Origin: a virus
Taxonomy: Duplodnaviria; Heunggongvirae; Uroviricota; Caudoviricetes
Strand: one strand, 5' to 3'
Virus record (IMG/VR): IMGVR_UViG_3300020576_002769
Location: 17,985-81,984 of that record
DNA length: 64,000 nucleotides
Part shown: one piece after another, positions 55,642 through 64,000 of the stretch
How the letters are laid out: each line of letters opens with the position of its first letter
Position numbering within the stretch: the stretch's first letter is position 1
Notes under the pieces: generated by a model
What the model was told of the DNA's origin: nothing
Database searches by the model: none
Seen by the model: the letters and a program-made list of their open reading frames with translations, nothing else
Translations under genes and position numbers: made by a program

Positions 55642-55680
55642 CAAAAAAAACCTCAACAAATTTTACTCTGTTGAGGTTTC
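55642..55680 (-). terminator. rho-independent terminator after the Nudix gene
   Basis: On the minus RNA: AACCUCAACAGAGUAAAAUUUGUUGAGGUU followed by UUUUUUUU. Confidence 0.6.
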
Positions 55681-55771
55681 AATGTGTCCAACCGATAATT
55701 TCAGAAAGGAGGTTGTTGGCTATGAAACTATAAATATTATGAAAATTTAAAAAAGTTAATTTTTTTTATTG

Positions 55772-56191
55772 TTATTGTAAAATTCTTTTAATTAGACGAC
55801 ATAGTTGGTCATTTTTATCCTTAAATGGTAAGTTGTTAACATTAAAATAACCACACATAGTGTGCTCATCACCATCAATAGCATTTTCCAAATCCGGATT
55901 AATTTTTTCGTCAGTTTCCATCATAAACACATACATTAATCCTCTAACTTCAGAACCATCCCGATTATATCGTTTAACAAAACCAACCAATTTCAAACTA
56001 TTATCTAACGTATAATTGGTCTCTTCCTTAAATTCTCGTTTAACACCATCCATCGGATGTTCTGCTTTTTCTAAATGACCACAAGGAATACTCCACTGAC
56101 CAGGTAAGGTTCCTGTCGCAATTCTTTTACAAAGTAACACTTCATCACCACATTTAACTATTACCCCGGAATATCGTTTGGTTTCTTTCAT
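55772..56191 (-). CDS. Nudix hydrolase
   Basis: The Nudix box GHLEKAEHPMDGVKREFKEETNY fits G-x5-E-x7-R-E-U-x-E-E. Confidence 0.75.
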   Translation of the reverse strand: MKETKRYSGVIVKCGDEVLLCKRIATGTLPGQWSIPCGHLEKAEHPMDGVKREFKEETNYTLDNSLKLVGFVKRYNRDGSEVRGLMYVFMMETDEKINPDLENAIDGDEHTMCGYFNVNNLPFKDKNDQLCRLIKRILQ

Positions 56192-56202
56192 TTTATATTT
56201 TT

Positions 56203-56568
56203 TTGCGTATTTATATGTATATGGAACTAATAATAAATAAAAACAAATTCAAAGTCAAAACTGTAATATCATCAAAAGACACTAGTCGAGGTATGATGAA
56301 CAAAAAATTTGACGATACATTTAACGGTATGTTATTTATTATGTCTGAAGGACAACACTGCTTTTGGATGAAGAATTGTATTATACCACTCGATATTATT
56401 TTCATCGACAATGGTATTATAACAAAAATTCACCACAATTGTCCCCCTTGTAAAAGTAAGGAATGTAAGAACTACTGTGGTGAAGGTGATACTATCCTTG
56501 AAATTCAGGGAGGTACTTGTAAAGAGTTGAATATTAAGATTGGTGATTCAATTCATTCGTTAGATTAA
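56203..56568 (+). CDS. DUF192-family protein
   Basis: FWMKNCIIPLDIIFIDNGIITKI matches the DUF192 core (from memory). The true start may be an internal Met at 56215 or 56221. Confidence 0.5.
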   Translation: MRIYMYMELIINKNKFKVKTVISSKDTSRGMMNKKFDDTFNGMLFIMSEGQHCFWMKNCIIPLDIIFIDNGIITKIHHNCPPCKSKECKNYCGEGDTILEIQGGTCKELNIKIGDSIHSLD

Positions 56569-56993
56569 TCTAAACCGAAAAAGTGTAATCCTTTATCAAA
56601 AATATCCCCCTCGTCAGAAATACATTGTTTAAATATTTGAACGTCATTGTTTGGCATCTTATTTTGAGTTTCAGGACCCCAAACACCATCCGCTGTTACA
56701 CCAATCTTGGATTGATATTTACTTAATGCTTCGGCCGTTTTACCAGCTAACAATCCATCAACTTTTAATGGTTGGTTAGAATCGTCTTTGAACCCTTTTT
56801 TATTTAGAAAACATTGGATAGCTTTCTTCATTCTAACATCATCACTTTGTTCCATAACAAGTGGTTTAACATCCCCTAATTTAGTATTAACTAATTTTGA
56901 GAAATTTTCGTTCACAATCTTCATTCCTCCGGTATGTTGCTCACGGATTGCGTTTTTTTCCTCCTCCGTTAAATTATTTAATAAATGTTTCAT
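56565..56993 (-). CDS. peptidoglycan-binding-domain protein (possible lysis-associated)
   Basis: KVDGLLAGKTAEALSKYQSKIGVTADGVWGPETQNKM is PG_binding_1-like. Upstream ATATTTATAAATAAAAATATAATT-ATG. Confidence 0.5.
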   Translation of the reverse strand: MKHLLNNLTEEEKNAIREQHTGGMKIVNENFSKLVNTKLGDVKPLVMEQSDDVRMKKAIQCFLNKKGFKDDSNQPLKVDGLLAGKTAEALSKYQSKIGVTADGVWGPETQNKMPNNDVQIFKQCISDEGDIFDKGLHFFGLD

Positions 56994-57023
56994 AATTATA
57001 TTTTTATTTATAAATATCCGGGA

Positions 57024-57052
57024 AATAAAAAAAGAGGAAATTACTCCTCTTT
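57024..57052 (-). terminator. rho-independent terminator after the MTase gene
   Basis: On the minus RNA: AGAGGAG-UAAUU-UCCUCU followed by UUUUUUU. Confidence 0.55.
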
Positions 57053-57910
57053 TAATTCTAATTCTAGTTGTTTTCTTTCTTCAATAAACGCATTTACACG
57101 TTTTCTTGCAATATCAGTATAACTTGGTGATAGTTCAATTCCCAACCATTGTCTTTCCAAAATCTCCGCAGCCACCGCTGAGGTTCCACTACCCATAAAA
57201 GGGTCAAGGACTATATCATTTTTATATGATAATATCTTAATTGCCTTCATTGGAATATCCATTGAGAAGGTTGCTTTGGTTAATGATTTGGTATCCGCAA
57301 AATATTCCCATCGGCCAAACACCAATTTCATAAATTCTTTTTTATCTTCTTCTTGGTAGAGTACTTTATTTTTGATGGTTCCATCAGGTTGTTCAACATC
57401 AGTTACGATACCTTTCCATTGAGATTCCCCTTTTGTTAGTTTCTTATTTGTTTTTTTGTACGCCAATATCACACATTCTTTCGGATTGTAGATGTAAGGA
57501 CAACTAGCACTCATCCAACTCCCCCAAGCCGTTTGTCTAACTCGATGTGGTGAGTCTTCAGTTAAATCAACCATTCCAAAGAATTTGAATCCAACTTGTT
57601 TCATCATCATCCAAAACTCAGCATTGAATAGAATTCTTCCCCCTCTTTCTTGAACGTTTAATTCTATTGGAACATTTATTGCGACTCTACCATCGTCTTT
57701 TAATATTCTTAATGATTCCGATAACCACTCTCGGGTGAACCCCCAATAATCATCCATTGAACGTCCATCATCATATACATCATATTTAACATTAACATTA
57801 TAAGGACAGCTAGTAACCATTAAATCTATACATCCCTCAGGTAATGTTTTCATTACCTCAACACAATCTCCATTAATTATTGTATTTATAATATTCTCTA
57901 AATCTTTCAT
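57041..57910 (-). CDS. beta-class N6-adenine/N4-cytosine DNA methyltransferase
   Basis: Motif IV-like TSCPYNV (an S-C-P-Y variant of SPPY) is N-terminal. Motif I DPFMGSGTSAVAA is C-terminal. That order is the beta class. Confidence 0.8.
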   Translation of the reverse strand: MKDLENIINTIINGDCVEVMKTLPEGCIDLMVTSCPYNVNVKYDVYDDGRSMDDYWGFTREWLSESLRILKDDGRVAINVPIELNVQERGGRILFNAEFWMMMKQVGFKFFGMVDLTEDSPHRVRQTAWGSWMSASCPYIYNPKECVILAYKKTNKKLTKGESQWKGIVTDVEQPDGTIKNKVLYQEEDKKEFMKLVFGRWEYFADTKSLTKATFSMDIPMKAIKILSYKNDIVLDPFMGSGTSAVAAEILERQWLGIELSPSYTDIARKRVNAFIEERKQLELELKEE

Positions 57911-58670
57911 ATATTTCTTTTTTTCTTTCTAAATAAACAGTTGCGTTATTGTAAATGTAATTATAAAATTTGTTATTATCAATTTTATTTTGAATTAAAA
58001 GACTAATTCCTCCATAGTAATTAACTTTAATATCATTTTTTAACAATTCTTCAATCAAAAAACCTCTAAAACTTTCAGACGCACAGGCAATACCGGTTGT
58101 ATTATGTTTTTTCTCAACAAATCTAAAAGTCCCATCACCATCAAAGTATCCCCTAACAAAATGATTCATTAAAGAATCATTAATTTTAGGTTGTTCAATT
58201 GTAAATGTTTTTCTTGAATGGAACCCTTGAGTTTTAATTGATTTAACCAATTGTTGTGAATATATTGCCAATGATGACATATGTGATGACGAAACCCCAC
58301 CTTTATATTTAACAGTATTAAACCCATCCACAATTTTATGATTAGACTCTATAGATTCACGAAATCGTTCTAAATGGTGTTTATCTTTAATCGATAATTT
58401 CATTTCTAATGAGTTACCGGATTTTCTTTCTCTAATATAACCATCAGCATAAAGAAATCCTAACCAATAAGCCTTTTCTTCTGTATCTATTATGTCGAAA
58501 TAATTATGATTAACATAATATCTTCTGTTAGTTAATTCAAACCCATTTAATTTAAGAATCCTATTAATCGGTGATATTGATACATTAAAATATTCTGCAA
58601 CTTTATGAATACTTTTTAATTGTTTGTACTGATTTACAACATCAGTTTCATTTAATAATAACTTCTCCAT
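57873..58670 (-). CDS. LAGLIDADG homing endonuclease
   Basis: Two LAGLIDADG motifs: YWLGFLYADGYI and FVRGYFDGDGTF. Its 3' end overlaps the MTase 5' end by 38 nt. Upstream ATATTTATTAGT-ATG. Confidence 0.75.
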   Translation of the reverse strand: MEKLLLNETDVVNQYKQLKSIHKVAEYFNVSISPINRILKLNGFELTNRRYYVNHNYFDIIDTEEKAYWLGFLYADGYIRERKSGNSLEMKLSIKDKHHLERFRESIESNHKIVDGFNTVKYKGGVSSSHMSSLAIYSQQLVKSIKTQGFHSRKTFTIEQPKINDSLMNHFVRGYFDGDGTFRFVEKKHNTTGIACASESFRGFLIEELLKNDIKVNYYGGISLLIQNKIDNNKFYNYIYNNATVYLERKKEIYERFREYYKYNN

Positions 58671-58719
58671 ACTAATAAATATCAGTTAGTTAGGAGAAGT
58701 AACAATAAAGAATAATAAA

Positions 58720-59022
58720 TTATTCTTTGAGTTGGTATTCCCAACCATTTTCTTTTTTTATTGGTATTATCTCTAAATCCAAGAACACCGCATTTTGTTC
58801 GTTAGCATATAAACCCAAGATATTATAATCGTAGAATTCTTCCGCTTCACCTTCCGTCATTAAATCTCGTTCTTGTAGGATATTAAGTATTTTTCTCTTT
58901 GAATACAACATCTTTCTACCCGGAGAACCAAAGTCCTCAACAATCCCAACGATAGCACCTTCCAATCCGGTTAACATTACAGCCCCTTCTGCGTATTCAT
59001 CAATATCAACTAACATTTTCAT
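58720..59022 (-). CDS. hypothetical protein
   Basis: ORF of 100 aa. Confidence 0.4.
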   Translation of the reverse strand: MKMLVDIDEYAEGAVMLTGLEGAIVGIVEDFGSPGRKMLYSKRKILNILQERDLMTEGEAEEFYDYNILGLYANEQNAVFLDLEIIPIKKENGWEYQLKE

Positions 59023-59138
59023 ATTTTTTAATTTATAAAATTATAGTTATTTTATTTAATATTGTCTATTATTAAAAAATATTTTTTATAAAGTATAACT
59101 TTTCATACTTTTCGTGATATTTATATATAAAGACAATT

Positions 59139-59291
59139 ATGAAACCAAGAAAAAAAGAAGAAGATAAAAAAATTAAATTCGCAATTAGTTTAGACCCTAA
59201 ACTTTTTAAGAGAATGGATAAGGAAATGATAAACAAATCAAGATTGATTGAAAATTTAATTAGAGAATATTATGGAAACAAAGATTTGTAA
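59139..59291 (+). CDS. small ribbon-helix-helix-like protein (50 aa)
   Basis: MKPRKKEEDKKIKFAISLDPKLFKRMDKEMINKSRLIENLIREYY shows a beta-strand/helix/helix pattern. Below the track threshold. Overlaps the HNH start by 20 nt. Confidence 0.4.
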   Translation: MKPRKKEEDKKIKFAISLDPKLFKRMDKEMINKSRLIENLIREYYGNKDL

Positions 59292-59991
59292 TAAGTGTAA
59301 AGAAGAAAAAGAGATTTGTGAATTTGGTGTAAATAAATCAAACAAAGATAAACTTCAAAGTATCTGTAAATGTTGCGATAAATTAAAATCAAAAGAATAC
59401 AGAGAAAAGAATAGAGAAAAATACTTGTTATCCCAAAAAAAATCTTATTATGAAAATAAAGAAAAACGGTCTATATCTAGTAAACAATATTATAAAGATA
59501 ATAGGGATAATATTATTAATAGAAATAAAAAATATTATCGTAATAATATAGACAAATATAAAATTACAAAAAAAGAATGGCACGAAAAAAATAAAGAAAA
59601 AGTTTTAAAAAAATCAAAAGAATATAGTCAAAAAAATAGGAAATTATTATCAGAATACGAAAAAAATAGACGACATACTGACCCATTATTTAGAACCGTA
59701 AGATATGTCAGAAATAGAATTAACCAATACCTAAAATCTAAAAATTTTAAGAAAAACAGTCAATCATTTGAACTCGTTGGTTGTTCTCCTGAAATACTTA
59801 AAAACCATATTGAAAATCAATTCACCGAAGGAATGACTTGGGAATTAATGGGTAGATACATTCATATAGACCACATAATACCATTATCATCCGCAAAAAC
59901 CGAGGATGAAGTAAAAAAATTATGTCATTATACTAATCTACAACCTTTATGGGCTAAAGATAATTTAATAAAATCAAATAAAATAGAATAA
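59272..59991 (+). CDS. HNH homing endonuclease (paralog of 15008-16093)
   Basis: N-terminal CNKCK..C..C zinc ribbon. C-terminal YIHIDHIIPLSSAKTEDEVKKLCHYTNLQPLWAKDNLIKSN. Confidence 0.75.
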   Translation: METKICNKCKEEKEICEFGVNKSNKDKLQSICKCCDKLKSKEYREKNREKYLLSQKKSYYENKEKRSISSKQYYKDNRDNIINRNKKYYRNNIDKYKITKKEWHEKNKEKVLKKSKEYSQKNRKLLSEYEKNRRHTDPLFRTVRYVRNRINQYLKSKNFKKNSQSFELVGCSPEILKNHIENQFTEGMTWELMGRYIHIDHIIPLSSAKTEDEVKKLCHYTNLQPLWAKDNLIKSNKIE

Positions 59992-60017
59992 CGGGGTCAT
60001 ACCCCGTTATTTTTTTC
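59990..60017. terminator. terminator hairpin
   Basis: AACGGGGT-CATA-CCCCGTT followed by ATTTTTTT. Confidence 0.6.
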
Positions 60018-60236
60018 CAAGTTTTTTATTTTTCTATCCAAATAAAACATAGCTTTCTTCAAATCCTCAATTTCTTTAGATGGGTCTTTCTTACCGGCTC
60101 TTGAGATATACTTTACCGTATTACCCAAATGAAAATCTAAGTTCCAATTTTCTATCACCTTTATCGCTTCATACGGATTCGAAGCTCCCCCATAATGGTC
60201 AGGGTTTTTCACCATTTCTTTATTATTTTCCATCAT
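59997..60236 (-). CDS. hypothetical protein
   Basis: ORF of 79 aa. Confidence 0.4.
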   Translation of the reverse strand: MMENNKEMVKNPDHYGGASNPYEAIKVIENWNLDFHLGNTVKYISRAGKKDPSKEIEDLKKAMFYLDRKIKNLEKNNGV

Positions 60237-60615
60237 CTTCTTTTTTAATATCTTGACACAATAAATTTATATCCTCAGGTTTGATAACAAATCTAAATTT
60301 AACAACTAACAATTCACCACCACTATAATCACCAATCATTTCCATATTAGAACCTTTAACTAACATATGTAATCCACCAACTAAATCACCAACAGGTCCT
60401 AAAAATTTAAGAACAATTTCTGTAATATTAGTCAAGTCAGCAGGATTAAATGTATATTTAACTGTTTGGTAGATTTCTGTTGTGAAAATAAAATCTTCAC
60501 CAACATTCTCAATATGGAATTTACGGAACAAATATTCCGGAACATCAACTCCAACAAAATTTATAATGAACCTATTATCCATTAAAGGTTCTATTGCTTC
60601 AAAAATTTTATTCAT
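60223..60615 (-). CDS. hypothetical protein
   Basis: ORF of 130 aa. Confidence 0.4.
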   Translation of the reverse strand: MNKIFEAIEPLMDNRFIINFVGVDVPEYLFRKFHIENVGEDFIFTTEIYQTVKYTFNPADLTNITEIVLKFLGPVGDLVGGLHMLVKGSNMEMIGDYSGGELLVVKFRFVIKPEDINLLCQDIKKEDDGK

Positions 60616-60848
60616 AATTTTACTATATAATATTTTCCTAATTTAATACTTTTTACATACCCATTTCTCACCGAGAATAATGGTTTTGTTGTTACGTTCA
60701 TCCCAAATCCGGGAGAACCAAATCGTATAGACCATCCATCCGATGATTTGTTATATAAAATCGGGTAATTTAATATTCGTATTATGGTCTGACTAAGATT
60801 TGTTCCAATAGTGTAAGTTTTTTTAGACAGCCACATAATACCCTTCAC
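60612..60848 (-). CDS. hypothetical protein
   Basis: ORF of 78 aa. Confidence 0.4.
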   Translation of the reverse strand: MKGIMWLSKKTYTIGTNLSQTIIRILNYPILYNKSSDGWSIRFGSPGFGMNVTTKPLFSVRNGYVKSIKLGKYYIVKL

Positions 60849-61032
60849 TCAGATTACTCTCTTTAACATAACCTTCAGATATTAAAATGTCTAATTGTTG
60901 TTTCGTCTTATCCTCATCAAGTTTAAGGATGTACTTTGAAATGTAACTAATGTGGATTGGTTGTCTTAACTTATCCATTAACGCTTTGATTTGATTCTTG
61001 TCCATTTTTATATAAATTTGATTTAATTTCAT
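60823..61032 (-). CDS. hypothetical protein
   Basis: ORF of 69 aa. It overlaps the next ORF, so one of the two may be wrong. Confidence 0.35.
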   Translation of the reverse strand: MKLNQIYIKMDKNQIKALMDKLRQPIHISYISKYILKLDEDKTKQQLDILISEGYVKESNLSEGYYVAV

Positions 61033-61189
61033 CCTCTGTTAAACCTTCAACATACCAGTAATAAACTTTTGAAGAGATTTCATCTAAAAAAATAATGGCA
61101 TCAGCGTTAAATAATTTTTTTAACCCCAATCCATTATTTATATAAATTTCGATTGTTTCTTTATTTACGTATCTTTTATTAAAACTCAT
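60971..61189 (-). CDS. hypothetical protein
   Basis: ORF of 72 aa. Confidence 0.35.
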   Translation of the reverse strand: MSFNKRYVNKETIEIYINNGLGLKKLFNADAIIFLDEISSKVYYWYVEGLTEDEIKSNLYKNGQESNQSVNG

Positions 61190-61953
61190 TGTAATAATTT
61201 TCTAACAACTTTTTCGCTCTGATGAATATATGATAATATCTTTCGTTTAAATATCGGTAGTAGAGTTTGTTCTAATGGAAACACATCACTACAAAACACT
61301 TCAAACACAGGATAAGTACTCTCGTTATTCTTTTCGTATGTTTTAGAAAATTTAGAGATAATTTCTGAGATAGTCAAATTATTTTGCTCACCTTCATAAA
61401 TTAATTTTAATGAAGTTTTAGTTTGTCCATTTGTTTTATAAATTCTTCTTGTAGTGTATTGCCAAATATAGACTTTTTCAGGCGTTTTATAAGTGAAGAA
61501 CCCGGATTTGCTTTGGAGATTGTTTTTATTTTTCTTTACAACAACATCAATAGAATCATAAACTATACTCCATATTGATTTAGCAAAGTTAAAATAATCG
61601 TAAAGTTGTGGCTGACTATTCTTTAATATTTTGTGATATTCAACCACCTCTTCATCATCCAATACAGGAATATCCTTAACCTTCAAATCAGATAACACCA
61701 GTTCATCGTCATTGGAGGTTAATTTCCTGTCGGTATATAAAATTTTGTTTTGGGTTAATAATGTTTGCATATTCCCTAAGTGAAGGGAAAGCTCTATAAA
61801 CATAGGATATACTTCCATTCGTTCAAGATATTGATTCATCTTTTGGAAGTAATCTAATAAAACATATTGTTTTTGTTCCGCATCAAGAATACCATCGAAT
61901 AACCAATCGGTATTCATAATAAAATTGTTCTTATTTTTTCGTTTCTTTTCCAT
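61186..61953 (-). CDS. hypothetical protein
   Basis: ORF of 255 aa. Confidence 0.45.
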   Translation of the reverse strand: MEKKRKNKNNFIMNTDWLFDGILDAEQKQYVLLDYFQKMNQYLERMEVYPMFIELSLHLGNMQTLLTQNKILYTDRKLTSNDDELVLSDLKVKDIPVLDDEEVVEYHKILKNSQPQLYDYFNFAKSIWSIVYDSIDVVVKKNKNNLQSKSGFFTYKTPEKVYIWQYTTRRIYKTNGQTKTSLKLIYEGEQNNLTISEIISKFSKTYEKNNESTYPVFEVFCSDVFPLEQTLLPIFKRKILSYIHQSEKVVRKLLQ

Positions 61954-61999
61954 ATTCTATAAATAAAGATAAAATAAAAAATGGAAAAAATGAATAGTT

Positions 62000-63358
62000 T
62001 TAGTTAATTCTCATTACATAGTATGTTATACCATTAACATCTTCGTAGTCATAATTACCATCATAATCATTCATAACACCATAACCATCAGCATCAACTA
62101 ACCCTTGAGCTAAAGCATCCTCATCAATATAATTTTTAATATCTAATCCCATCTCTTTTAGATAATTTAAAGGGTCTCTTCTAACGTATCTAACATATTC
62201 TTCCACTTTATCCTCAATCATTTCTTCCGTTGGTTCAGTTTCAGGTTCGATACTGTCTAATTCTTCTTGAAGAGCGTCGATATGGTTTTGAAAGTCCTCA
62301 TAAAAGTCATCATAATTTTCATCATCAGGGTCTAAGTCCGATTGTTGTTGTTCAAAGTCAGCAATTTCAGATTCAAGTTCCTCAATTCTTCTTTCTTGTT
62401 CCGGAGTTAATTCAAAGTCACTATCATCAAAGTAACCTTCAGGATAATCTCTAATTTGAGAATCATAATCTTCCTCAGCCATTCTAACAATTTCGTCTTC
62501 ATCTAAATAATCATCAATAAATCCGGCTCTAAACCCATCAAGTCCCACATCATCAATAAAACTTTTAGCATACTCTAAAGCACCACTCTCCATTTCTTCC
62601 TCGGTACCCACGGTATATTCTCTATCTTTAAACCCGTCAATTAAAACTTCAAATGTTGTTAATCCATAATGAGTGTACTTTCTTGGGTACATCATATATA
62701 CATCCACATTATTTTCTTCTAACTCTTCAATTTCTTCTTTTGTTTCTTCAATAGCATCAAACAAATCAGACACTCTATCACTATCTTCGATTTCTTCATA
62801 CTCTCTTTCTAAATCTTGAAGTTTTCTTTTTAGAATAATAAGTTTTTCTTTATCATCATCTGATAAAGGTTCAATATCACCGTTATTTTCCAAATAATCA
62901 AATAATGCGTGAGCCTTTTCACCTAATTCGTCCGTATTTTCAAGGTTCCATTCATCATCTTCTCGAAGTGATTCTTGTTCGGATAATTTTGCGTTTAATT
63001 CTTGTCTTTCTCTAATTTTCGCTCTTTTACTATCATAATCACTAACATACCCTTTAACATTCGTCCCTTCAATTGATGAAATATTAGTTCTTGAAATGTT
63101 TAAGTTTCCTTCAACATACCCAACGTTACCCAAACTGTCTGTTGGTGTACCATCAAGATTTAAATCCCCGGTAATCCATAATGGTTTCCCTTGGAATTTT
63201 TTCATTTTAGTTACCGCTTTACCGTGATAACTACCGTAACTCATTAGTTCCAAATATTCTTCCGGACTAATTTTATAATATTCATCCTCAACTTGTTCAG
63301 CAAGTCTTCTAATATATTGAGATAACTCTTCCCTATTTAATTGTATTTTTCTACTCAT
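62000..63358 (-). CDS. hypothetical acidic coiled-coil protein
   Basis: ORF of 452 aa, very Glu/Asp-rich. Upstream ATATTTATAGGT-ATG. Confidence 0.45.
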   Translation of the reverse strand: MSRKIQLNREELSQYIRRLAEQVEDEYYKISPEEYLELMSYGSYHGKAVTKMKKFQGKPLWITGDLNLDGTPTDSLGNVGYVEGNLNISRTNISSIEGTNVKGYVSDYDSKRAKIRERQELNAKLSEQESLREDDEWNLENTDELGEKAHALFDYLENNGDIEPLSDDDKEKLIILKRKLQDLEREYEEIEDSDRVSDLFDAIEETKEEIEELEENNVDVYMMYPRKYTHYGLTTFEVLIDGFKDREYTVGTEEEMESGALEYAKSFIDDVGLDGFRAGFIDDYLDEDEIVRMAEEDYDSQIRDYPEGYFDDSDFELTPEQERRIEELESEIADFEQQQSDLDPDDENYDDFYEDFQNHIDALQEELDSIEPETEPTEEMIEDKVEEYVRYVRRDPLNYLKEMGLDIKNYIDEDALAQGLVDADGYGVMNDYDGNYDYEDVNGITYYVMRIN

Positions 63359-63428
63359 ACCTATAAATATTCACAAAGATATAAAATATATTTACAAATT
63401 ACCATTATGTTTGATATTTATTAGTAAT

Positions 63429-64000
63429 ATGAATTGTGGTATATATAAAATTCAAAACATTAAAAATAATAAAATCTATATTGGTAGTTCAGTAAATATT
63501 ACTAATAGAGAATATAAACATTTTTGGATGTTAAATAAAAATGTTCACGACAATAGTTATTTACAAAATTCATTCAATAAATTTGGTAAAGATTCTTTTT
63601 TATTTGAAATAATAGAACTTTGTTCTTATGAAGAATTAATAATTAAAGAAAATTACTACATTAGTAAATATAATTCAAACAACCCTGAGTTTGGGTATAA
63701 TTTAGCAACCGTAAACGAATTCAGACGAAATACATTTAATAATGAAGTTAAAGTTAAATTATCAAAACATAATTTAGAAAAAAATGGTAATTTTAATAAG
63801 TTTTCATTAATAAACATACTAACCAATGAAGAATTCATTTTTGAATCCTTAGTTGATGGAGCTAATTATTTAATAAATAATGGATTCACAAATGGTAGCC
63901 CAAGAAATGTAAGGATGAAATTATCAAATTCACTGAGGAATAAAGAAGTTAATAATGGTGGTTCAGGAAGTATAAGAAAAACTTGTTATAAACATAAATT
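63429..64000 (+). CDS. GIY-YIG homing endonuclease (I-TevI/Seg-like), 3'-truncated by window edge
   Basis: MNCGIYKIQNIKNNKIYIGSSVNITNREYKHFWMLNKNVHDNSYLQNSFNKFG. Open to the window end. Absent from the track because there is no stop. The track ORF 63656-63838(-) is antisense to it. Confidence 0.85.
   Translation, partial: MNCGIYKIQNIKNNKIYIGSSVNITNREYKHFWMLNKNVHDNSYLQNSFNKFGKDSFLFEIIELCSYEELIIKENYYISKYNSNNPEFGYNLATVNEFRRNTFNNEVKVKLSKHNLEKNGNFNKFSLINILTNEEFIFESLVDGANYLINNGFTNGSPRNVRMKLSNSLRNKEVNNGGSGSIRKTCYKHK

Noticed and set aside
1-64000. Eukaryotic large DNA virus (pox, entomopox or NCLDV) origin, suggested by AT richness, late-promoter-like motifs next to the ATG, and paralogous families
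   Set aside because: GC-stem plus T-run terminators, Bacteroidota sigma-A -33/-7 promoters, lipoboxes and a T9SS sorting domain all indicate a bacterial (Bacteroidota) virus. The start-proximal motif ends in TTATG or GTATG, not the poxviral TAAATG.

Overview
This is an AT-rich (roughly 30% GC by eye), gene-dense 64-kb window with about 130 mostly small ORFs, the large majority on the minus strand. Intergenic gaps are short. Several features point to a prokaryotic virus of a Bacteroidota host. Rho-independent terminator hairpins (GC stem plus T-run) are present. Bacteroidota-type sigma-A promoters (TTTG-N19-20-TAnnTTTG, here almost always TATCTTTG) are present. There are no Shine-Dalgarno sequences. 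One secreted protein carries a type IX secretion system (T9SS) C-terminal sorting domain, and several lipoprotein signal peptides are seen. Together these indicate an accessory or early region of a large virulent dsDNA bacteriophage of a Flavobacteriia-like host. It does not look like a cellular chromosome or a eukaryotic virus. No capsid, terminase or replication core genes are recognisable in the window. The recognisable content includes at least 12 homing-endonuclease genes (7 GIY-YIG-type of which 3 are the divergent T5orf172-like form, 4 HNH, 1 LAGLIDADG). There is a T4-type polynucleotide kinase/phosphatase next to an RNA-ligase-like fragment. A Thg1-like tRNA 5'-end polymerase sits beside a truncated class-II CCA-type nucleotidyltransferase, and a second minimal nucleotidyltransferase lies elsewhere. 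Also present are a mini PTH2-type peptidyl-tRNA hydrolase, a radical-SAM enzyme, a beta-class DNA methyltransferase, a Nudix hydrolase, an SGNH esterase, an SPFH/band-7 lipoprotein, a DnaJ-type zinc-finger protein, and a ParB-like nuclease-domain protein. The most striking feature is a cas-less CRISPR-like mini-array at 21111-21331. It has four identical 36-bp repeats and three unique 30-bp spacers on an exact 66-bp period. From memory its repeat resembles type VI-B (Cas13b) direct repeats. There are also large paralogous small-protein families defined by N-terminal motifs (MK[IF]I[IL][ST]E.. and MNLQEN..). Many of these genes are preceded by a fixed start-proximal motif ATATTTAT-N4-ATG that is distinct from the host-like promoters.
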